Assembly (NCBI RefSeq): GCF_009914755.1
Contig: NC_060933.1
Source of the DNA: the human T2T-CHM13v2.0 reference genome, Homo sapiens
Length of the DNA: 64,000 nt
Direction: 5' to 3' (one strand)
Part shown: positions 15,621 through 34,578 of the stretch, piece by piece
How positions within the stretch are numbered: position 1 is the stretch's first letter
Layout of the letters: each line of letters starts with the position of its first letter
Translations under genes and position numbers: made by a program
The notes under the pieces: generated by a model
The model's database searches: none
What the model saw: only the letters and a program-made list of their open reading frames with translations
Told to the model about the DNA's origin: nothing

Positions 15621-16114
15621 GTCAGGGTGTAGGGCATGCTCTGCAGCTGGAGGTCCTTTGAGAGTCTTGGGGCCCGTCAGGCCGGCGTGGGTGGTCTGCC
15701 TGCAGCCTCCGACATCAGGGCCAATGGAGCAGCATCCAGAATCTGGAGGCAGCTGGACCGGGGTGTGAATGTAGCCCCTCTACTTCCCAGCGGGCAACCC
15801 AGGACAACCCAGTCTGAAACATCTTTAGGATAAAAATCTATGCTCTGTGATATGGGACTGGGAGGGCTTAATCCTCCTCTTTTCTGTGTGTTAGAGCACT
15901 TTATTTTGGTTAATGTTTATTGGGTACATATTATTTGCCAGTCATTCTGCCAAACACTTTACATACATTATCTTAAGTCATTCTTACCCTAACTTTAACC
16001 TTACCCTTGGTCATTTAAATAATAATCTCCATAAAACAGACCCCTGGCCGTGACGTGCACACTTAGGATGTGTGTGTGGCTCCTCCCTCCATGAGGGTAC
16101 CAGGACCCACTGAA

Positions 16115-16972
<858 letters not shown>

Positions 16973-17484
16973 TGTATTAGTCAGTGTTTCCAGAGAAACA
17001 AAACCAATAGGATCTCCATATATAAATATACAGAAAGATTTATTATGAGGGATTGGCTCATACAATATGGAGGCTGAGAAGTCCCACATCTGTCATCTGC
17101 AAGCTGGAGAACCAGGAAAGCTGGTGGTGTGGTTCCAGTCCAAGCTGGAAGACCTGAGAACCAAAGGACTGATGGTGTAAGCCCCAATCCAAGTCCAAAG
17201 GCTCAGGCATGAGGAGCGTCCTTGTCCAAAGGCAAGAGGAGATGAATGTCCCTGCTCCAGAAGAGAGAGCAAATTCTGTCTTCCTCTGCCATTTTGTTCT
17301 ATTCAATCCCTCAGCTGACTCCATGGTCCCCTCCCACATGGGTGAGAAGATGTGAGAATGATGTCTTTTCAAATGCTATTCCTTTTCAGAAACTCCCTCA
17401 CAGAAACACCCAGAAGTAATGTTTTGCCAGCTACCTGGGCATCCCTTAGCCCAGTCAAGCTGACACACAAAATTAACCATCGTA
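16973..17484 (-). mobile_element. MLT2-family LTR (3' LTR of the ERV-L provirus)
   Basis: tgtattagtcagtgtttccagagaaaca...gacacacaaaattaaccatcgta is typical MLT2. The polypurine tract (aaggggtggact on the minus strand) is adjacent at 17485-17496. Confidence 0.85.
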
Positions 17485-17884
17485 AGTCCACCCCTTGTCA
17501 ACAAGGCATCCATAGGCATCTTCTGAAGCCATACTTAATCTCCAAATAACAACAATAATAAGGTTATGGTTCCACTGAACATGATACAACTATCCTGTGT
17601 ACAACGAAAATGCTCTAATCCCTTCCCCAGAAAAGGAGATAAAGTCCTTGAGTGGTGTTTACTCCTCTCCTCATATCCTGTAACTTCAATAGTATGATGT
17701 GAAATTAACAATACTTAAATAGTGATACAAAGTCAATAAATCTTATGTTACATGATAAGGGAATAAGAGAGGAAAGAAAACAAAGATATTTGTTAAATAT
17801 ATGCATAAAAACACAAATGTATTCATAACCAAATAAGGAGGAAATCCTCGTGACAATTACAGTTCTTATTTCTCTAACTGGTCA

Positions 17885-18224
<340 letters not shown>

Positions 18225-18329
18225 CTATTCCGTACAACCTTTGCCTTCAGAAAGCATCTCAGCGGGTCATGGTTTTTTACCTGGCGGGGTAACCCAAACC
18301 TTCATTCCTGAAGGGTCTGGGCCATTCAT

Positions 18330-18670
18330 AGTCCAATAGATTGGGCTATTGTCATTTTCCATTGACCTGAATCACAGGACATGGTAATACTAAGAGATGG
18401 GGTCTCCTGCATCCCAGATATACTCTTTTCTACCTCCATTGTGGAGCAGCGCCCAATGTCCTCTTGGTGATCTGGATCAATCACCCCAGCCAACACCATA
18501 GCTCGCTTCTTTCCCTGTTGACCCAGAGGTACAAGAGGCCCAAAGTAGCTGGATGGCATCTTAACTTCCAGTTCAATGGAATAGTTGTGTTTCCCAGTGG
18601 AAGCACTCCTCCCTCTGGAATTAAGACCCTTAGGCCAACAGAGCATAAAGTCTTGGGAAAAGGAAACAAA
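18330..18670 (-). pseudogene. ERV-L dUTPase remnant (frameshifted)
   Basis: LIPEGGVLPLGNTTIPLNWKLR followed in another frame by FGPLVPLGQQGKKRAMVLAGVIDPDHQEDI. It lies downstream of integrase, the position characteristic of ERV-L. Confidence 0.85.
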
Positions 18671-21600
18671 GTTTTGCTGATGAGTCACTAGGAGTAATGG
18701 TGAGTGGTGCCACTCCCACTTCCACTCCTTGATTCTTGGAACAGGAAATGCTAGCTATGGGAGAATAGGACCATATATTAGGCACTGGTTCAAAACATAT
18801 CCAGCCTTCTGGAGAACCTTGCCCCAGCCCTGCAAGCTATTGCCACCTAGCTGGTGCTATAACTGAGTCTTCAAAAGGCCATTCCACTATCCATCAAACC
18901 AGCTGCTTCAGGACAGTGGGGATCATGGTAAGACCAGTGAATTCCAGAGGGGGGGCCCATTACACTTCTACCAGTTCCTTGGTAGAGGCAATGCTGTGTG
19001 GAATACCATGACCATGGATAAGGCACTCTGTTAAGTCCATGGATGGTGGTTTTGGCAGAAGCATTGCCTGCAGGAAAGGCAAATCTATATCCAGAGTAAA
19101 TGTCTGCTTCAGTATAGACAGAACACTGCCCCTTCCATAATGGAAGCTGTCCAATGTAATCAACCTGCCACCAAGTAGCTGGCTGTTCACCCTGGGGAAT
19201 GGTGTCATCTCAGGGGCTCAGTGTTAGTCTCTGCTGCTGACAGGTTGGGCACTCAGAGGTGGCCATACCAGATAGGTCTTGGTGAGTGGAAATCCATGTT
19301 TCTGATCCCATGCGTAACTTCCATCACTGCCACCATGGCCACTTCGTTCATTAGCCCATTGGATGATGACAGGGGTGGCTGGGGAAAGAGGCTGACTGGT
19401 ATCCTATCCTCTTGACCTCCTCTGCTGAGGTCACCCTTTGGTGAGCGTTCACATGGGACATAAATATCGTCACAATTTTTTTCCCATTTAGAGGTCTATC
19501 CGCATACCTCTTCCCCAAATTTCTTTGTCACCAATGTCCCAATTGTGTTTCTTCCGAGTCCCTGACGATCCAATCAAACCACTGGCTACAGCCCATGAAT
19601 TGGTTTACAATCGCACATCGGGCCATTTCTCTGTCCAAGCAAAGTGCACAACTGGTGCACTGACTGAAGTTCTGCCCACTGAGAAGATTTTCTTTGACCA
19701 CTGTCCTTTAGGGATGTCCCAGAGAGGGGCTGTACCTACTTTCTGGTGATACCACATGTTGTGCAGAACCAGCTATAAACTAGGCCAGGGTCTTCTGCTT
19801 CTCTATCAACTGATCATAAGAAGTCCCCATAAGCCATAGGTGCAGGTTGGTAGAGAGAAGGCAGTGTGGCAGGAGTGGGAACCAAGGGCATTTGGGCCAC
19901 TTCTTCATGTAACTTATTTATGCCTTCAGGGCCTGCCTGGGTCTGACTGTGTATATACCACTTTCATTTGATCATGGGGCACTGCTGTGCATACCCAACT
20001 TTCTGACTTGGTGGTCAAATAACACCCAGTTCATGAAGGACAGCTCAGGGGTCGCATGGTAACTTGGTGGACCCTGGTCAAATGTCTAGGGACCACCCAA
20101 AGCTTAGTTTCTACTAAGGCCCAGTACCAGGCCAAGAGCAATCTTTCAAAAAAAGAGTCATTCTCTGCAGATAATGGCAGAGCCTTGCTCCAAAATCCTA
20201 AAGGCCTGTGGAGCAAATCACCCATGGGGCCCTACCAAAGGCTCCAAACAGCATCCCTGCCATTCATTGACACCTGGAGCACCATTGGATCTGCCAAGTC
20301 GTATGGGCCAAGTGGCAGAGTAGCTTTCACAGCACCCTGGACATGTTGCAGAGCCTTCACCTGTTCTGGGCCCCACTCAAACTAGCAGCTTTTGTAAAAC
20401 TCAGTAAATGGGCTGGAGCAAAACATCCAAATGAGGAATATGTTGCCTTCAAAATCTAAAAAGGCCCACTAGACATTGTGCCTCTTTCTTGGTTGTAGGA
20501 GGGATCAGTTCCAACAACTTTTTGCCTGAGAAGAAATATCTCAACAGGTCCCACACCACTGGACCCCTAGAAATTGCACTGAGGTAGAAGGCCCCCAAAT
20601 TGTAATCATATTTATTTCCCAGCCTCCAACACTCTTAACAATAAATCTAGAGTAGTTACTACTTCTTGCTCACTAGGTCCAATCAGCCTAATGTCATAAA
20701 TGTATGGACCAGTGTATCTTGTGGAAACAAAAAGTGATAGAGATCCCTGTGAGTTCATTATAACCTGGAGCCAGAGAGTTGGTAGACCCCTGAGACAGGA
20801 TAGTGAAGGTGTATTGCTGGCCTCACCAGCTGAAGACAAACTGCTTCTGGTGGGCCTTATGGACAGGGATGGAGAAAAAACCATTTTCCAGATCAATAGC
20901 TGCATACCAGGTATCAAGGGATGTGTTAATTTGCTCAAGAAATGAAACGACATCTGGTACAGCAGCTGCAATCAGAGTTGCCACTTAGTTAAGCTTACAA
21001 TAATCCACTGTCATTCTCCAGGATCCATCTGTCTTCTGCACATGCCAAATAAAAGAGTTGAAAGGGGATGAGCAGGAATTACCACCCCTGCATCTTTTAA
21101 GTCCTTGATGGTGGCACTGACATCTGCAATCCCTTCAGAAATACAGTATTGCTTTTGATTTACCATTTTTGTAGGTAGAGCAGTTCCAATGGCTTCCACT
21201 TGACCTTTCCCACCTTAATGGCCTTCAACTTCACAGGTCAGGAAACCACTGTGGGCATTCTACCAGCTGCTAGTATGTCTATTTCAATTATGCATCTGGA
21301 ACTGGGGGAATAGCCACAGGATGGTTTTGGGAACCTACTGGACCTACTGTAAGATAGACCTGAACTAAAGTTCTATTGCTCGCCTGACCTCCATAAGCCC
21401 CTGCTCTAATTGGAGGGCCACAGTGACATGTGAGGTCTCCTAGTGACAGTGTCAGTTCAGAGACGGTATCCAGTAGTCCCTGAAAAATATGATTATTTCC
21501 TTTGTTCCAATGCACAGTTACTCTGGTAAAAAGGCTGTAGGTCTCTTTGGGGAAGGCTAGGAGAGAGGTTAACAGTATAAATTTGGGGTAGTGTACCAGG

Positions 21601-22107
21601 GTCCTTCCCCGAAGGGACCCAGCCTCCCTTATTCAGGCTGTTCTGAGTATATAAACTGGCTGAGTGTATAAATCTGGGAATTGATCAAAGAGTCATGACC
21701 CACTGTTTTTATGATGTGAGTAAGACTTTTGTTCACTTGACCCAGAACTTTTCTTCTTATATGAATCTAGTAAGAATTTAGTGTGTTTCCTATCCATTTC
21801 ATTTCTAGGAGCACTATGATGAACCAGCCAATGCCATAGGCCTGTGGAGTCAGACTATTCTGATAGTTGCTTTGACTCTGCTGCCCATCACAGTAACCAC
21901 GCCCACCTTGCCTTTGGCAGTTGAGTGCTGCCATTCGGCCCCTGCCACCCCATGATCCAGTTGCTCCCACTGCATTAGGTTTTCCAATTGAGTGGCTGTG
22001 GTTCCCACTGTAAGGTGTGGCCTGCAAAGAAGAGTGATCACAGAACCCTTCAAAGACACTGGGGGTCCCCTCACAAATTTATTTCTCCAAGGGCTGGTGA
22101 AAGGTAT

Positions 22108-22509
22108 TGTCTTTGTCTATTTCCACTGCTATAACAAAATACTAGAGAGTAGGGTAGTTTGTAAACAATAGAAACTTATTTCTCTTGGCTCTGGAGGCTG
22201 GGAAGTCCAAAAGCAAGGCGCTGGAAGGATTGGTGTCTGGTGAGGGCTGCTTTCTGTTTCCACGATGGTGTCTTGTTGTTTTATCCTCCGGAGGGGAAGA
22301 ATGCTGGTCCTGACATGGTGGAAGTGGGAAGGGCAACAAGAACCTAAGCTAGTTCCCCCAGCCCTTTGATAAGGTACTAATCCATTCGTGAGGACAGAGC
22401 CTTCATGGCTTAATCACTTTCCAAAAGGCCCCAATTCTTAATACCACCATAATAGGGATTAAGTTTCAACATAAATTTTGGAGGGAACATAAACATTCAA
22501 ACCATAACA
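22108..22509 (-). mobile_element. MaLR solo LTR (MST/MLT1A-type) nested in ERV-L gag
   Basis: TG...CA ends and a 5-bp TSD GGTAT at 22103-22107 and 22510-22514. Confidence 0.85.
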
Positions 22510-22596
22510 GGTATATCCTAGACTCTCCCAGTGTAGATAAGTAGGTCTTAAATGACAAATACACTCTAGCATTCCCATCTGCCTACAGCTCTGACT

Positions 22597-23986
<1,390 letters not shown>

Positions 23987-25108
23987 TAACTAACCAAACA
24001 AACTGTAAGAGCCCTTTCTAACTCCCCAAGCTGCAACATTAAATGCAGAATCTCTGCTTTAGTGAGCCCATGTCAATAAACGCTGCCTGATCCAACTTTG
24101 TTCCTTCCATCATTAGCCCATACCCTTGATATCCATCCCCATACATGTTCCCCAGATTTCTACTTGTCTAAATCAGAAAAATCAAGTAGTTCTTTTGGAA
24201 TGTAGCATACTTCATACTTGAGTCTAGTTACAGGTCTAGAAGCAAAGAGGGGTAGTGGGGATGGCACTGTCTTGCAGAGCAACTACTTAAGGAGGCCATT
24301 ATCATTTCCTCCAGCAATGCAGGGTGAAACCCCTCAGACAGAGGTAGAGCAGCCAACACCAGTGTGGCTAAAGAGGCTGATACCACTGGGGATGAGGATG
24401 CCACTGTCCCTAGAGGTGGGGAGGCCACTATTGCTAGGGGTGGGAAGCCAGCTTCACTGGGGGTAGGGAGGTCAATTTGGCTGGGGATAGGGACACTTCT
24501 TCCACTGGCAAAGAAGACTCGAGAATTTGAGAGACTCAATGTCCCCAGGTTCACCAGAGTCTTCCCTCATGTCCCCATCCCAACACAGGATCCCATTCTT
24601 TCCCAACAAATGCCCTCACTTTAATAGTAAACTCCTTTCAAGGCTGGGAGTTCAATTGGTGCTGTAATTCAGCCAATTACAGGATAAGGTTCTGCATTTG
24701 ATTTTCAGCAATTTCAGCACTATGGCTGCAGGAGGTGAGGTTCTTATTTAGGACACAGTTAGAAGCTCTTAGGTCATTTATGCAGCTCTTGGGCTGGGAA
24801 TTCAAATCCCTGAGCTCATCCTTTTCTTTCACACTTTGTCCTGCATCATTAGGGGCAGGGAATCAACATCATTATATTCCTTATTTTTCCAAAAATATTT
24901 GCAAGTATCATATACAGAGTCACCTAGCTCCTTGCTTCTTGTAAGTGGTTGATTGGAATATTTTGTGTATCTCCATGAACAGTTCTCAGTGCTCTCTTTA
25001 CTACTAGAAATAGAGTCATTACCATCTTTAAGTGTAATCGGGTTAGAGAGCCAATTTCAGAAACCTCAGAACCAATTTAGAAAACCCATCCTTAAAATTC
25101 TGTTCCTT

Positions 25109-25345
25109 GGCCGGGCGCGGTAGCTCACGCCTGTAATCCCAGAACTTTGGGAGGCCAAGGCGGGTGGATCACGAGGTCAGGAGATCGAGACCATCCTGGC
25201 TAACACAGTGAAACCCCGTCTCTATTAAAAATACAAAAAATTAGCCAGGCGTGGAGGCAGGCACCTGTAGTCCCAGCTACTTGGGAGGCTGAGGCAGGAG
25301 AATGGCGTGAACCTGGGAGGCGGAGCTTGCGGTGAGCTGAGATCG
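25109..25345 (+). mobile_element. 3'-truncated AluY-like element without a polyA tail
   Basis: gagatcgagaccatcctggctaacac and aatggcgtgaacc diagnostics; flanked by tgttcct. Confidence 0.85.
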
Positions 25346-25380
25346 GTTCAGTGTTCCTCTAGAATCACTCTGTTCCAAAA

Positions 25381-25973
25381 TGGAACTGTTTTGTATCTTG
25401 TTTTTATTTTTTATTTTTATTTATTTATTTATTTTTGAGATAGAGTCTCGCTCTGTTGGCCAATGCAGTGCCGTGATCTCAGCTCACTGCAACCTCCGCC
25501 CCCGGGTTCAAGTGATTCTCCTGCCTTAGCCTCCCGAGTAGCTGGATTATAAGTGCCTGCCACCACGCCCAGCTAATTTTTTTTTTTTTTTTTTTTTTTT
25601 TTTTGTATTTTTAGTAGAGATATGGTTTCGCCATTTGGACCAGGCTGGTCTGGAACTCCTGACCTCAGGTGATCCTCCCACCTTGTCCTCCCAAAATCCT
25701 GGGATTATAGGCCTGGCCTGTTTTGTATCTTGACTGTGGTGGTGGATGCACAAACCTATACAGGTGATACACACAACTAAAGATACACACACACACACAC
25801 ACACACACAAATGAATACAAGTAAAATAAGGGAATCCGAATAAGCTCTGTGGATTATATCAATGTCAATTTCCTGTGGTGGATAGTGTACCATAGTTTTG
25901 CAAGATTGAGGGAAACTGAGTAAAAGGCATATTATTTCTTACAACTGCATGTGAATCTACGGTTATCTCAAAA
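25381..25973 (+). mobile_element. L1MD/MC-type 3' end with antisense Alu (25401-25717)
   Basis: Ends ttcttacaactgcatgtgaatctac. Alu TSD ctgttttgtatcttg at 25386-25400 and 25718-25732. Confidence 0.7.
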
Positions 25974-25975
25974 TA

Positions 25976-26054
25976 TTAGGTTGGTACAAAAATAATTGCT
26001 GTTTTTGCTGTTGCTTTTATGGCAAAAACCACAATTACTTTTGTACTAACCTAA
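25976..26054. mobile_element. MADE1 mariner-derived MITE
   Basis: ttaggttggtacaaaaataattg...caattacttttgtactaacctaa near-palindrome flanked by TA. Confidence 0.9.
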
Positions 26055-26239
26055 TAAAATGTTAAATTTGTTTCAAAGGCACAGGATGCCCACCAGTGAT
26101 GATGCCTCAGCTGTTGACGGCAGCAGACTCCTGGGTAAGTGATTGGCCAATGGGCCAGTTGTTCACTAAGACTCTTCTAGTTATGACAATAGAAATATGC
26201 CATCCAAATATACAAAATAAGCTGTGCTTCTAGTCTCTG

Positions 26240-26875
<636 letters not shown>

Positions 26876-27095
26876 CTAGAGTAACCACAAGCATCTATAA
26901 TCATCTACAATCATCATCAAATCATTAAGGTCCCAACCAGAATGCACCCCTGGTCTTTATCTGATTTCCTAAGAACCACCTCCTATTGGGTCTGACTCTA
27001 CAGAATCCAGAGTTGGTTCTGTGTAGGCATCTGAAACCTGCTAGGCTCACACGGCTTGGTCCCAGGTCACCCCAAAGGTCGAGAAATGACCAGTT

Positions 27096-27550
27096 GATCA
27101 GGCGTGGTGGCTCATGCCTGTAATCTCAGCACTTTAGGAGGCTGAGGGAAGAGAATTTCTTGAGCCCAGGAGTTTGAGACCAGCCTGAGCAATGTGGTAA
27201 AACCCCATATTCACTAAAAACTAAAAATTAGCTGGGTATGGTAGCACCTGTAGTCCCAGCTACTCAGGAGGCTGAGGCAGGAGGATTGCTTGAGCCCAGA
27301 GGATCGAGGCTACAGTTAGCCATGATCATGCCACTGTATTCCAGCCTGGGCAACAGAGCAAGACTGTCTCAAAAAAAGAAAAAGAAAGAAGGAAAAGAAA
27401 AAAGAAATGACCAATAGCTGGGTGTGGTAGCTTGTGCCTGTAATCCCAGCTACTCAGAAGGCTGAGGAGGGAGGACTGCTTGAGACCAGGAATTTGAGAC
27501 TAGCCTAGGCAATATAGCAAGACCCTATCTCTTAAAAAAAAAAAAAACTA
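27096..27550 (+). mobile_element. AluJ plus FLAM-like monomer
   Basis: Alu consensus. Confidence 0.85.
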
Positions 27551-27951
27551 AATAAATGTTTTAAAAGAAATGATGGATAAAAGCCATAACCACAATGTTC
27601 TTTCTGGAAGATTTCCTCATAGGTGGCTCAGGGGGTCAGGCACAAGGCTCGTTCACTCTCATCTTGGGTCCCAGCCCAAATGGCACCTTGTCAGTGAGCT
27701 GTTTTGAACACTCTTGAGCACTCTGGATGTCAACAAGATCTTCCGCCTGTTCCAGTCTTTGTGTCTGTTGTGGCTCATGGTTCTGCAGAGGATCCACCCG
27801 GCTCCATGCAGAGGCCACAGGACAGTGCCTCCGTCGGGTGGGGCCCGTGCTCCTCTCACCTCCTGCCTTGGAGCTAACCTTGGGACACTGCACAGTGGAA
27901 CCCACTCCGAGGTCACAAGTATGCAGCCTTGACATTCTAGAAGAGTTAACT

Positions 27952-28250
27952 TTTTGTTTTGTTTTGTTTTGTTTGAGACAGAGTCTCACTCTGTCGCCGA
28001 GGCTGCAGTGCCGTGGCGCGATCTCAGCTTACTGCAGTTGCCACCTCCCAGGCAATTCTCATGCCTCAGTGTCCCAAGTAGCTGGGACTACAGGAGCATG
28101 CCACCACACCCAGCTAATTTTTTGTATTTTTAGTAGAGACGGGTTTTTGCCATGCTGCCCAGGCCGGTCTTGAACTCTTGAGCTCAGGCAATCCACCCAC
28201 CTCGGCCTCCCAATGTGCGAGGATTACAGGCATGAGCCACCGCACCCGGC
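27952..28250 (-). mobile_element. Alu
   Basis: TSD agaagagttaactttt. Confidence 0.9.
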
Positions 28251-28269
28251 CAAGAAGAGTTAACTTTTG

Positions 28270-28597
28270 ATCATGAGGGGCTGGTGCCAGTGGACAATGC
28301 TTCTGCACCTTCCCCCAGATTGGACAGTCCTGAGATGTCCTTCACACACCACCACAGCTTGTCCTGTGGGACTGAGCAGCCAGTTGTCCCTAGATGCGGT
28401 GGCCAGCTTGATGCCACATCCCCTTCACACAGAGATGGGGTTTCACCATGTTGGCTAGGCTGGTCTCAAACTCCTGACCTCAGGCAATCTGCCCACCTCC
28501 TTTCCCAATACCCTCTCCCTGGAATCACACACCCCATGAAGTGCCTGCACTCACAGCTTTGCCTCAGGCCCTGCTTTCTGGGGAGCCCAGGCTAAGC
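28270..28597 (+). mobile_element. LTR16/LTR33-type ERVL LTR fragment with a short Alu piece inside
   Basis: ctttgcctcaggccctgctttctggggagcccaggctaag terminus. Confidence 0.55.
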
Positions 28598-28979
28598 AGA
28601 GGCCCTCCCGGGCCGCCTGCTCCCAGCCCCAGCCCCCATTTCCCCATCTCAGCACCTGGTTCACTTTTTTGGCTGCGTCTTTTATGCCCCTAAGGATCTT
28701 GTGCATTTGTTCATTGGCTTCTGTTTTCCTCTCTGCCCAACTAGACTGCAGGCTCCTTGAGGGCTCCATCCCCAGCGTCTGAAACCCGGCCTGGAGTGAA
28801 CTTGGTGCGCAGTAAGTATTTGTTAAAGCCCTGACCACAGTGCCCGGTCCTCTCAGAACATTAGACTGAGCCACCCAGCTTCTCTGTTTATCAGCTGGGA
28901 TCAGACATATTTAGAAGAGATGACCTAATAAGGCGACAAGTCTTTATTCTGGGGAGAGAAGCTGCTCTTTCTAAAACTA

Positions 28980-30298
<1,319 letters not shown>

Positions 30299-30823
30299 CT
30301 AGGATGTTACCGTTTTGGATCTACCCAGGTAGAAGCTTGCCCTTAAAGATGGTGAAGGTGAACAGAGAAGCACATATTGAAATCCACCAGTCATCGAGCA
30401 GTATGAGCAATCCACGAGCAAATCTTCCTCCCCAGGAGCTTTGCTTGCTTTGAACTTTTTAATCAACCAGGCAATCTCAGGAAGGATTCCCAGGCCCCAA
30501 GAGCAGGCTGGGGGTGTTGAGGACATGGGCTTTCTTTTGCAAAATGGGAAAGGCTTTCCTTTGCAAAGTGCCTCTCAGGCACTAAGCAGGTGCTGAGCTT
30601 CCACAATCTCATTCACCAACTCCACACTGTGGGTCCCTCTGGGGTTGGGGCAGGGATTAAATAAGATACTGCAAGTAGAGTGCCTGGCATCTACATTATC
30701 ATCACCATCATCTTCATTATTGTTGCCATCTCTGACCCTGAACATTCACTGTCAGACCAAAGAGGCAAGCCCTGATCCTCCTACACAGACCACATCTGCC
30801 CCAGAAAGAGTTCACCTAGAATA

Positions 30824-31018
30824 GCAGCTGTCATCCCAGGGCAGTGTTAGCCCCCAAGGCACATCTGGCAATGTCTGGAGGCACTTTTGGTTGTCACAAC
30901 TGGAGGGAGGGTGCCACTGGCATGTAATGGGTAGAGGCCAGGGACACTTAATCATAAATGCAAGGCTAGCCCTTCACAAGAAAGAATTAATCAGTCCCAA
31001 ATGTCAACAGAAACCCTG
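30824..31018. mobile_element. MER20 hAT-Charlie
   Basis: ggcaatgtctggaggcacttttggttgtcacaactgg...gggtagaggccaggga. Confidence 0.8.
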
Positions 31019-31301
31019 GTTTAGAAGGCGCAGAGTATGTAAGAAATGTGCCCTCAGCCCCCAAGGGTGTTGTCAGGGCAGTGTGGTGGGGGACCCCAGC
31101 AGGCCTAAGCATGAATCCTAGACCCCCTTACCATGGCTGTATATCCTGGACAAGTGAAATTTCACCTCTGAGCCTCAATTGCTCGACTATAAAATGGGGC
31201 CAATGACACCCACCTCTTCAGGGTGCAAGAAGATTAAATGAAGTCATATGTATAAGGGATTTAACTCAGTTCTTTGCAGTCAGAACTCAAGCAATGGGAA
31301 A

Positions 31302-31757
31302 TGTACTGGGTTGAATAGCATCTCCCCAAAACTCACATCCACCTGGAATCTCAGAATGTGACTTCATTTGGAAATAGGGTCTTTGGCAGATGTAATTAGT
31401 TAAGCTAAAATGAGGTCATACCGGATTAGGGTGGGCCCCAAATTCAAAAACTCATGTCTTTATAAGAGAAAGGAGGAGATTCAGACACAGAGACGCACAC
31501 ACAGGGAGCGCACCACGTGACCACAGAGGTGGAGATCGGAGTGATAAGGCCACAAGCCGAGAAACACCAAGGGCTGCCAGCAACTCCCAGAAACCGGGGG
31601 AAAGGCATGGAACCGATTCTGTCTTGGAGCCTTAGAAGCAACCAACACTGCTGTCCCTTTTATTTTGGACTTCTGGTCGCCAGGAATGGAGAGTAATTTC
31701 TGTTGTCTTAAGCCACCCAGTTTGTGGTACTTTTCATGGCAGTCCTAACAAACTAGG
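31302..31757 (+). mobile_element. MLT1C-like solo LTR
   Basis: tgtactgggttgaatagc...ggaaatagggtctttggcagatgtaattagttaag...aagccacccagtttgtggtac. Confidence 0.8.
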
Positions 31758-33154
31758 ATGAGGGCTGTGGCCATATGGTGACTGTCATTACAGTGATCTG
31801 TGGCATACCCAGTGGGCATCTCTAGAGCACACAGAGGTCTCCGTACCCTGAGAGTACTGGCAGGTGTTTGCCCTCCCACTTGCCGCACAGAACCCTAACA
31901 CCCATGGTGTACCTGCACCTCAGGACTTTCTCCACGGATGTTGGAGAATGTCTACATCTCCAGGCACCCGGTTGATGTTTACCTACATTCTCTGGAGCTC
32001 ACGGGGGACCCCTAGGGCCTATGCGATTTGCCTATGATAAGCCATCTGCACTACCTGTATCTGCCACCCCTACACGTGTCCAGGGTGCCAGCAGCACAGA
32101 GAGCATACCCACAGCACTGCCAGTGTACTGACAGCAGCTCCCCAAGTGTGTCTAAGGAAAGGTGAGCCTCCTGGAGGACTCACACAGCACACAGCAAGCC
32201 TGCACACACTGTAGATATCAAGAGAACACCGGGGGTGACCCCATGGAAGGTACCAGTGACCCACAAACCTCATCCTTGGGAAGCAGATGGTGTTTAGAGG
32301 ACGGAGTGAACCTGTGGAGTGCAGGTTGTGTCTACAGCACACGGTGGCTGTCTGCAGCCCCGGATCGCACCCATGGCCCTGAGAGGATGTCCGCTCCACA
32401 GAAATGGCTCTCCGGAACTCCAAGTAGCTATGGCACATGGAAAGCAGAGAAGGAGGAAAATCCATTTGGGGCCAAGAGCTCTGTCTGAACTTTGTCCTTT
32501 TCTCAAGCAAAAGAAAATATTATTTCACCCTCTAAAGAGCCACACATAATAACAGGCGAAATGTCAAGACCAATGTTGATATAAACCCCCAAGGAAAACA
32601 AACATCTCCGTACCTTCTCCGCCGCCTCCCCACCTCACCCTGCTCGGCTAGTTTAAACAGATCCAGCGGTGGGCAGAGGGGAGGCGGGGAAGCGGGAAAG
32701 CCTGCCTGGCTCCCAGAGCTGTGAGAGAGGCCGCTCCGAGTTCAGGATGCTCCGAGTCCACCTACACTGGGAATGCGTAGGTAAGCCTGGCCCGGGAAGG
32801 ACACACAGAGTAGACCCATGGTTAAGAGATCGGCTCAATGCAAATCCCAGCATCACTCACTGGCTGTGTGACCTTGGGCAAAAAGCCTGAGCTCTCGGAA
32901 CCTGAGTGTCCTCATCAGCAATTATCCTCTGGCCAGCCAGATCTCCCTGGGGGTGGGGAAAGGCCAGGGTGTGGGCCATGCAGGGAGGCACTGAGGCTGC
33001 GTGACTGCATGAATGAGCAATTCCTGAGCACCCACGAGGTGCCCCCTATGGGTCCAGCTACTCCATAGAATCTACCTCATTGAAGCCACACAGCTCTGCA
33101 GGTGTAAATTATCATTCTTAATTTGCAAGAGGAGAAACAGGTTCAGAGAAGTGA

Positions 33155-33340
<186 letters not shown>

Positions 33341-33596
33341 TAAAGCCAGTCCTGTCTGGCTCCAAAAGCCTCAGGCAAGGTTGACCTCAATTCATCCAGG
33401 ACACTGGAAGCCGGGTTCTAGTTTCAGAGTTCACAGAACTCTGCTCCCCAGGATGTGTGTTGGAAAGGAGTGTGTTGAGTGATACTGCCCAGGAGACCCC
33501 AAGTTTGGCTCTGGCTTGAAGCCTCAACTGACCAGCCCTTGGCTATTGGTCTTTCCAGCCCCACCCAAGGGGCCCTTCAAACTTTCAGTTCAGTTG

Positions 33597-34578
<982 letters not shown>

